Assembly: GCA_030606215.1 (NCBI GenBank)
Contig: JAUWGW010000005.1
Coordinates: forward strand, 5,369 to 69,368
From: a bacterium
GTDB taxonomy: Bacteria > NPL-UPA2 > JAUVJM01
DNA: 64,000 nucleotides
Reading direction: 5' to 3'
Positions 58,909 through 64,000 of the stretch are shown here, in pieces. Each line of letters opens with the position of its first letter. The stretch's first letter is position 1. The notes below the pieces were generated by a model. That model was not told the origin of the DNA. It saw only the letters and a list, made by a program, of their open reading frames with translations, and did no database searches. The position numbers and the translations under genes are program-made.

Positions 58909-59853
58909 CTAAGAATTGCCAAGACAAAATGTATTTAAATATCTCTCTCCTGTATCCGGGAAAACCACCACAATAAGTTTACCTTTATTCTCCTTCCTTT
59001 TTCCTACTTCCATTCCTGCCCAGGTTGCGGCGCCTGAGGAAATACCCGCTAATATTCCTTCTTCTTTCGCCAGCCTCATCATCGTTACTCTTGCGTCCTC
59101 ACTTTTTACTTTGACTATCTCATCAATCAACTCCATCTTCAATACCTCGGGAATGAATCCTGCGCCGATGCCCTGGATTTTATGAGATTTAGCTTCAGCC
59201 TGCCCGCCATATTTCTGGCGGGAGAGAATTGGGGATTCTTCCGGTTCAACTGCAACAACTTTGAATCCGGGTTTCCTTTTCTTTATCACTTCTGCCACAC
59301 CTGTAATTGTTCCACCTGTCCCAACTCCTGCCACAAGAATATCTACCTCTCCATCTGTATCACGCCATATCTCTTCGGCTGTAGTCTCTCTATGTATTTT
59401 AGGATTTGCCGGATTTTTAAATTGTTGTGGCATGAAGGAATTTGGCGTTTGTTTAACCAGTTCCTCGGCTTTCTTAATTGCTCCATTCATTCCTTCTGAG
59501 CCCGGCGTCAGGACTAATTTTGCTCCAAGGGCGGTTAAAAGTTTCCTCCTTTCAACGCTCATTGTATCAGGCATTGTTACAATTAGTTTATAGCCTTTAG
59601 CCGCACAGACAAATGCTAAGGCAATGCCGGTATTTCCACTGGTGGGTTCAATAATTACGGTATCTTTATTAATCGCACCTTTCCTCTCTGCCTCTTCAAT
59701 CATGGAAACTCCAATCCTGTCCTTTATGCTGGATAAGGGATTGAAGGATTCAAGTTTTGCTACTAAGTTTGCCTCTAACCCAGAAGCTATTCTATTTAAC
59801 CTCACCAGAGGAGTAGTCCCAATTAACTTTGTAATATCATCTGCAATTCTCAT
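58909..59853 (-). CDS. cysK: Cysteine synthase A
   Basis: [40 protein letters not shown]. Confidence 0.97.
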   Translation of the reverse strand: MRIADDITKLIGTTPLVRLNRIASGLEANLVAKLESFNPLSSIKDRIGVSMIEEAERKGAINKDTVIIEPTSGNTGIALAFVCAAKGYKLIVTMPDTMSVERRKLLTALGAKLVLTPGSEGMNGAIKKAEELVKQTPNSFMPQQFKNPANPKIHRETTAEEIWRDTDGEVDILVAGVGTGGTITGVAEVIKKRKPGFKVVAVEPEESPILSRQKYGGQAEAKSHKIQGIGAGFIPEVLKMELIDEIVKVKSEDARVTMMRLAKEEGILAGISSGAATWAGMEVGKRKENKGKLIVVVFPDTGERYLNTFCLGNS

Positions 59854-59860
59854 ATTATAA

Positions 59861-59889
59861 ATTATATATGATTAAGAGCAGCTTGTTAA
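59861..59889 (-). promoter_or_regulatory. cysK promoter (leaderless geometry)
   Basis: Minus strand TTAACA-17-TATAAT, then 7 nt, then ATG. Confidence 0.7.
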
Positions 59890-59905
59890 GCGATTTTTGT
59901 ATTCA

Positions 59906-59934
59906 TTGACAAAATCTCATCGCGGTAATATAAT
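59906..59934 (+). promoter_or_regulatory. Consensus sigma70 promoter of hisS-aspS
   Basis: TTGACA-17-TATAAT. Confidence 0.85.
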
Positions 59935-59955
59935 CTCAGTTGAGGTGGTAAAGTC

Positions 59956-61200
59956 TTGACCATAAAAGCGCCCAGGGGGACTGAGGATGTTCTCCCTGGT
60001 GAAATAGAGAAATGGCAGAGGATAGAGCAGACTGCACGAGAGTTATTTCTCCTTTATAATTACAGAGAAATCCGAACTCCGCTCTTTGAGGATACCCGCC
60101 TTTTTGAGCGAAGTATCGGGGAAAGCACAGATATTGTTGAGAAGGAGATGTATACTTTCCTCGATAAGAAGGGCAGGAGTCTCACGCTGCGGCCTGAGGG
60201 AACCGCACCTGTAGTTAGAGCTTATCTGGAACATAAACTCTACGCTAAGGGTGGAGTGAATAAGTTTTTCTATATCGGGTCTTTCTTCCGCTATGAAAGA
60301 CCACAGGCGGGCAGGAACAGACAATTTTATCAGATTGGAGTGGAAGCAATTGGTTCGGATAGTCCTGCTCTTGATGCAGAGGTTATAAATCTCTCTTTAC
60401 ACTTCTTAAGTTCTCTCGGACTTAAGACTTTACATATTGCGCTTAATAGCATAGGATGTTCTGCCTGCCAGCCCCTTTACAGGGAAAAACTTAAACAATT
60501 CCTGAACGAGCATATTGACAAACTCTGCGATGATTGCCGCAGGAGAACTGAATCCAATCCTCTGAGGGTTCTTGACTGTAAAAAGGAGGGGTGTGTCTCT
60601 ATTTTGAAAAATGCTCCATCTACTTTGGATTTTCTCTGTCCAGCCTGCAAGGAACATTTTGAATCTGTGAAACATTATCTTAAAATGCTTGGTCTAAATT
60701 ATCAGATTGCTCCAAATCTTGTGCGTGGACTTGACTATTACACAAGGACGACTTTTGAAGTTGTGCATTCAGGGCTCGGCGCACAGAATGCAGTTGCGGC
60801 CGGAGGCAGGTTTGATGGACTTGTAGAAGAGTTTGGAGGTGAGTCAACACCTGCAGTTGGGTTTGCGGCAGGGGTTGAGCGTATTGCACTTGCGATGGAC
60901 GGGGAAGGAGTGAAGGTGTCTGATGGAAAGCAGACTTTTACATTTATCGCTCTTTTGGGGAAAGAATACCTTGAAGGAGGACTCTTATTGTTAAATGAAC
61001 TCAGGCGTTCAGGCATTTCAGCCGAGATGGATTATGAAGGAAGAAGCCTTAAGTCGCAGTTCAGAGTTGCGGATAAACTCGGAGTGAAGTTTACTATCAT
61101 ACTGGGGCAGGAGGGAGCAACTTTAAGGGATATGGTCAAAGGCGAGCAGGAGGAAGTGAAGAGAGAAGAAGTTGTTTCCATCTTGAAAAGGGAAAAGTAG
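59956..61200 (+). CDS. hisS: Histidine--tRNA ligase
   Basis: [31 protein letters not shown]; TTG start after GAGGTG. Confidence 0.97.
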   Translation: MTIKAPRGTEDVLPGEIEKWQRIEQTARELFLLYNYREIRTPLFEDTRLFERSIGESTDIVEKEMYTFLDKKGRSLTLRPEGTAPVVRAYLEHKLYAKGGVNKFFYIGSFFRYERPQAGRNRQFYQIGVEAIGSDSPALDAEVINLSLHFLSSLGLKTLHIALNSIGCSACQPLYREKLKQFLNEHIDKLCDDCRRRTESNPLRVLDCKKEGCVSILKNAPSTLDFLCPACKEHFESVKHYLKMLGLNYQIAPNLVRGLDYYTRTTFEVVHSGLGAQNAVAAGGRFDGLVEEFGGESTPAVGFAAGVERIALAMDGEGVKVSDGKQTFTFIALLGKEYLEGGLLLLNELRRSGISAEMDYEGRSLKSQFRVADKLGVKFTIILGQEGATLRDMVKGEQEEVKREEVVSILKREK

Positions 61201-61207
61201 GGAGATT

Positions 61208-62989
61208 ATGGTGGAAAGTATTGAGGGGTTGAATAGAACATATTTCTGCGGTGAGTTGAAGAAGAAAAACTCTGGTGAGGAAGTTACCCTGATGGGCTGG
61301 GTGGACACGAGGCGTGACCACGGAGGGTTGATTTTTATTGATTTAAGAGACAAAACTGGGGTAACGCAGGTAACTTTTAATTCTGAGGCGAACGAGGAGC
61401 TCCATAAGAAGGTAGGGGAACTCAGGAGTGAATATGTAATTGCAGTGAAGGGGAAGGTTATTGAGAGACCTGCTGGAACAGTAAATAAAGCTATTGCCAC
61501 AGGTGAAATTGAAATTGAAGCGGCTGAGCTCAGAATTCTGAACCCCTCTGCCACTCCTCCATTTGAAATCAATAGTGAAGTTCTGCCTGGAGAAGACGTG
61601 AGGCTGAAATACAGATATATTGACCTGAGACGGCCAAAGATGCTTAAAAACCTTATTCTCAGGCACAGAGTCGTAAAATCTGTCAGGGATTTTCTTGATA
61701 GGGAGGGATTCATTGAAATTGAGACTCCTTTCCTGACTAAAAGCACTCCTGAGGGAGCGCGTGATTACCTTGTGCCGAGCAGAGTTAACCCGGGAGAATT
61801 TTATGCGCTGCCACAGTCACCCCAGCTTTTAAAGCAGATGCTTATGGTAGCAGGAATTGACAGATATTTTCAGATTGTGAAGTGTTTCAGGGATGAGGAC
61901 TTGAGAGCTGATAGACAGCCGGAACATACCCAGATAGATGTGGAGATGTCTTTTGTATCCCCTGAAGATATTTACAGTTTAGTGGAAGGGATGATGAAAT
62001 ACGCGTTCAAAGTGAGTCTTGATATTGAGCTTAAAACTCCTTTTAAGCGTATAGGTTATAGAGAAGCAATGGATAATTATGGAATTGATAAACCTGACTT
62101 AAGGTTCGGTATGGAATTTGAAGATATATCTGATATTGTGGGTGATGTGGATTTTAAGGTTTTTTGCGAAGCTGTTAAATCTGGTGGTGTTGTGAAAGGG
62201 ATAAAAGTCATGGGTGGCGCAGAGGTTTCAAATCGTTCTATAGAAGATTTTATAGAATTTGTCCGTTCGCAGGGTGCAAGCGGACTTGTATGGTTTAAAG
62301 TTGGTAAAAATGATGTTCGTTCTCCTGTTTCTAAATTCTTTAAAGAAGAGAAACTAATTGAGATTAGAGACCGCATGTCTGCTGAAGCCGGTGACCTGCT
62401 TCTTTTTATTGCAGGGGAATCTGGTGTAGTATCATCTTCTCTTGGGAAACTTCGTCTTGAGCTTGCTAAGAAGCGCGGTCTGGTTGATGAAAAGAAATTC
62501 AATTTTGTATGGGTTGTTGGTTTTCCATTGTTTGAATTTAATGAGGAAGAGAAAAAGCTTGAGTCTGCACATCATCCTTTCTGTATGCCGATTGAAAACG
62601 ATATTGAGCTTTTGGAAAATGAACCTCAGAGGGTTAGAGCTAAAGCCTATGACCTGGTCTTGAACGGGGAAGAAATTGCAAGCGGGAGCATTAGAATTCA
62701 TGTTCCTGATATTCAACGCAGAGTTTTTAGAGCATTAGGTCTGTCAGATGATGAAGTGGAAACCAAATTCGGCTTTTTCCTGTCTGCGCTTGGTTATGGA
62801 GCTCCTCCTCATGGGGGAATTGCATTGGGGCTGGATAGGCTTGTTATGTTGATGGCAGGGGAGGAGTCAATTCGGGATGTTATCGCTTTCCCTAAGACGC
62901 AGAAAGGTTTATGCCTTCTCACAGGCAGCCCATCCCCGGTTGATGAGAAACAGTTAAAAGAATTGCATATTAAAGTGGATGGAAAGTGA
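61208..62989 (+). CDS. aspS: Aspartate--tRNA ligase
   Basis: [47 protein letters not shown]. Confidence 0.98.
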   Translation: MVESIEGLNRTYFCGELKKKNSGEEVTLMGWVDTRRDHGGLIFIDLRDKTGVTQVTFNSEANEELHKKVGELRSEYVIAVKGKVIERPAGTVNKAIATGEIEIEAAELRILNPSATPPFEINSEVLPGEDVRLKYRYIDLRRPKMLKNLILRHRVVKSVRDFLDREGFIEIETPFLTKSTPEGARDYLVPSRVNPGEFYALPQSPQLLKQMLMVAGIDRYFQIVKCFRDEDLRADRQPEHTQIDVEMSFVSPEDIYSLVEGMMKYAFKVSLDIELKTPFKRIGYREAMDNYGIDKPDLRFGMEFEDISDIVGDVDFKVFCEAVKSGGVVKGIKVMGGAEVSNRSIEDFIEFVRSQGASGLVWFKVGKNDVRSPVSKFFKEEKLIEIRDRMSAEAGDLLLFIAGESGVVSSSLGKLRLELAKKRGLVDEKKFNFVWVVGFPLFEFNEEEKKLESAHHPFCMPIENDIELLENEPQRVRAKAYDLVLNGEEIASGSIRIHVPDIQRRVFRALGLSDDEVETKFGFFLSALGYGAPPHGGIALGLDRLVMLMAGEESIRDVIAFPKTQKGLCLLTGSPSPVDEKQLKELHIKVDGK

Positions 62990-63024
62990 ACCCAGCTGCA
63001 TCAGTTTGATGAGGTAAATAAGCA

Positions 63025-63537
63025 ATGGAGAAGACGATAAAAATTATAAACGAGCTCCAGAAAAAGGGATTAATTAAAGATTATGCTATAGGTGGAGGAA
63101 TTGCAACGATATTCTATGTCGAACCTATCCTTACCTATGACCTGGATATTTTCTTTATCTCTTCAGAAGAAGAAAAAGGAATAACAACACTTTCATCAAT
63201 ATACGACTGGTTTAAAAGAAAGGGTTATAAGCCGTACAAGGAACACATCATTATAGAAGGCATACCAGTGCAATTTATACCAGTTTATAATGAGTTGGTA
63301 AACGATGCAATTAAAGAGATAGTTGAAGTAAAATATAAGAATGTAAAAACAAGGGTTTTGAAGCCCGAATATTTAATAGCAATAATGATGGAAACATTTA
63401 GACCGAAAGATAAGGAAAGAATAATAAAACTTTTAGATGAGGCAAAAATAGATATGGATTATCTTTCAAGAATTTTACAAAAGCATGGATTAGACAAAAA
63501 ATTTGAGCGTTTTATGAGGTTGTATTATGAAAAATAA
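63025..63537 (+). CDS. Nucleotidyltransferase-fold protein
   Basis: YAIGGGIA..EPILTYDLD, PEYLIAI..RPKD; AT-rich insert between aspS and phoH. Confidence 0.75.
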   Translation: MEKTIKIINELQKKGLIKDYAIGGGIATIFYVEPILTYDLDIFFISSEEEKGITTLSSIYDWFKRKGYKPYKEHIIIEGIPVQFIPVYNELVNDAIKEIVEVKYKNVKTRVLKPEYLIAIMMETFRPKDKERIIKLLDEAKIDMDYLSRILQKHGLDKKFERFMRLYYEK

Positions 63538-63712
63538 AGTTCTTTACAAGAAAGAAATTGAAGATTTATTCAAAGCAAAAGATTCATTCCATAAAGAACT
63601 TGCAGAAATACCGTTTGATGAAAAGATAAAAACACTTATTCACTTACAAAAAATTGCAAATAGTATACCGACATCTTCAAAGAAAAAGCGAAGAATATGG
63701 GAGATTTCCTAA
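63527..63712 (+). CDS. Small helical partner of the nucleotidyltransferase
   Basis: 61 aa overlapping the NTase stop, SD GAGG; KELAEIPFDEKIK motif. Confidence 0.7.
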   Translation: MKNKVLYKKEIEDLFKAKDSFHKELAEIPFDEKIKTLIHLQKIANSIPTSSKKKRRIWEIS

Positions 63713-63755
63713 TAAACCTGTTAGCTGGTATTCTTTTGTGGGGTAGGAGGGGGAG

Positions 63756-64000
63756 TTGGTTAAGAAGATAGAGTTTAAGAATAGCCAGGAGGCGGTTGCG
63801 GTTTGCGGTAGGCATGATGAGAATGTCAGACTGATTGATAGAGAATTAGGTGTGCGGATAATAAGCAGGGGAAATGAAATCACTATTGAGGGTGAACCTG
63901 AGGAAGTTCAAAAATCGTTGCGCTTTTTTGAGACATTACTTTTTGTTGTGAGGGGAGGGCAGCCAATCAGGCGTCATGAGATAAAGTATACTCTGGAGGC
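63756..64000 (+). CDS. phoH: PhoH family protein, 5' part (runs off the window)
   Basis: From TTG 63756: VCGRHDENVRLIDRELGVRIISRGNEITIEG, the typical PhoH/YbeZ N-terminus; strong SD AGGAGG. Confidence 0.8.
   Translation, partial: MVKKIEFKNSQEAVAVCGRHDENVRLIDRELGVRIISRGNEITIEGEPEEVQKSLRFFETLLFVVRGGQPIRRHEIKYTLE

Noticed and set aside
1-64000. CRISPR array, tRNA or rRNA genes
   Set aside because: No regularly spaced direct repeats, cloverleaf signatures or rRNA motifs were seen, and the intergenic gaps are short and otherwise explained
1-64000. Many minus-strand and alternate-frame ORFs in the track (e.g. 1706-2107, 26929-27483, 36980-37597, 61123-61746)
   Set aside because: They are shadows of well-supported genes, with no recognisable motifs or ribosome-binding sites

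Overview
Bacterial chromosomal window with almost all genes on the + strand. It is probably from an uncultured diderm lineage (inference from an LPS heptose enzyme and the absence of rpmD here). The backbone is housekeeping: the end of the spc/alpha ribosomal cluster (rplN to rplQ), rplU-rpmA-obg-proBA-nadD-rsfS-argS-lipB, thrC/apgM/lysC/cimA, valS-uvrB-nadC-birA-coaX, guaB3-dnaE, a tandem glycine riboswitch driving gcvT-H-PA-PB followed by a lipoate ligase and serA, an hldC-gmhB fusion, cysK, and hisS-aspS-phoH. Accessory features: (1) about eight small toxin-antitoxin-type modules at operon boundaries; (2) decayed gene remnants (internally deleted URO-D copy, hicA, integrase, GH106-like start); (3) two inverted copies of a 131-bp MITE-like element plus a solo end; (4) several families of short palindromes sitting in frame inside essential proteins (ValS twice, BirA, lipoate ligase, CysK, HldC-GmhB linker); (5) a GntR-controlled catabolic cluster containing a solute-binding-fold protein with no signal peptide or transporter, and a TPP E1 alpha/beta pair with no E2/E3. 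No rRNA, tRNA or CRISPR array was seen. All calls come from reading the sequence and recalled motifs; no database searches were run.
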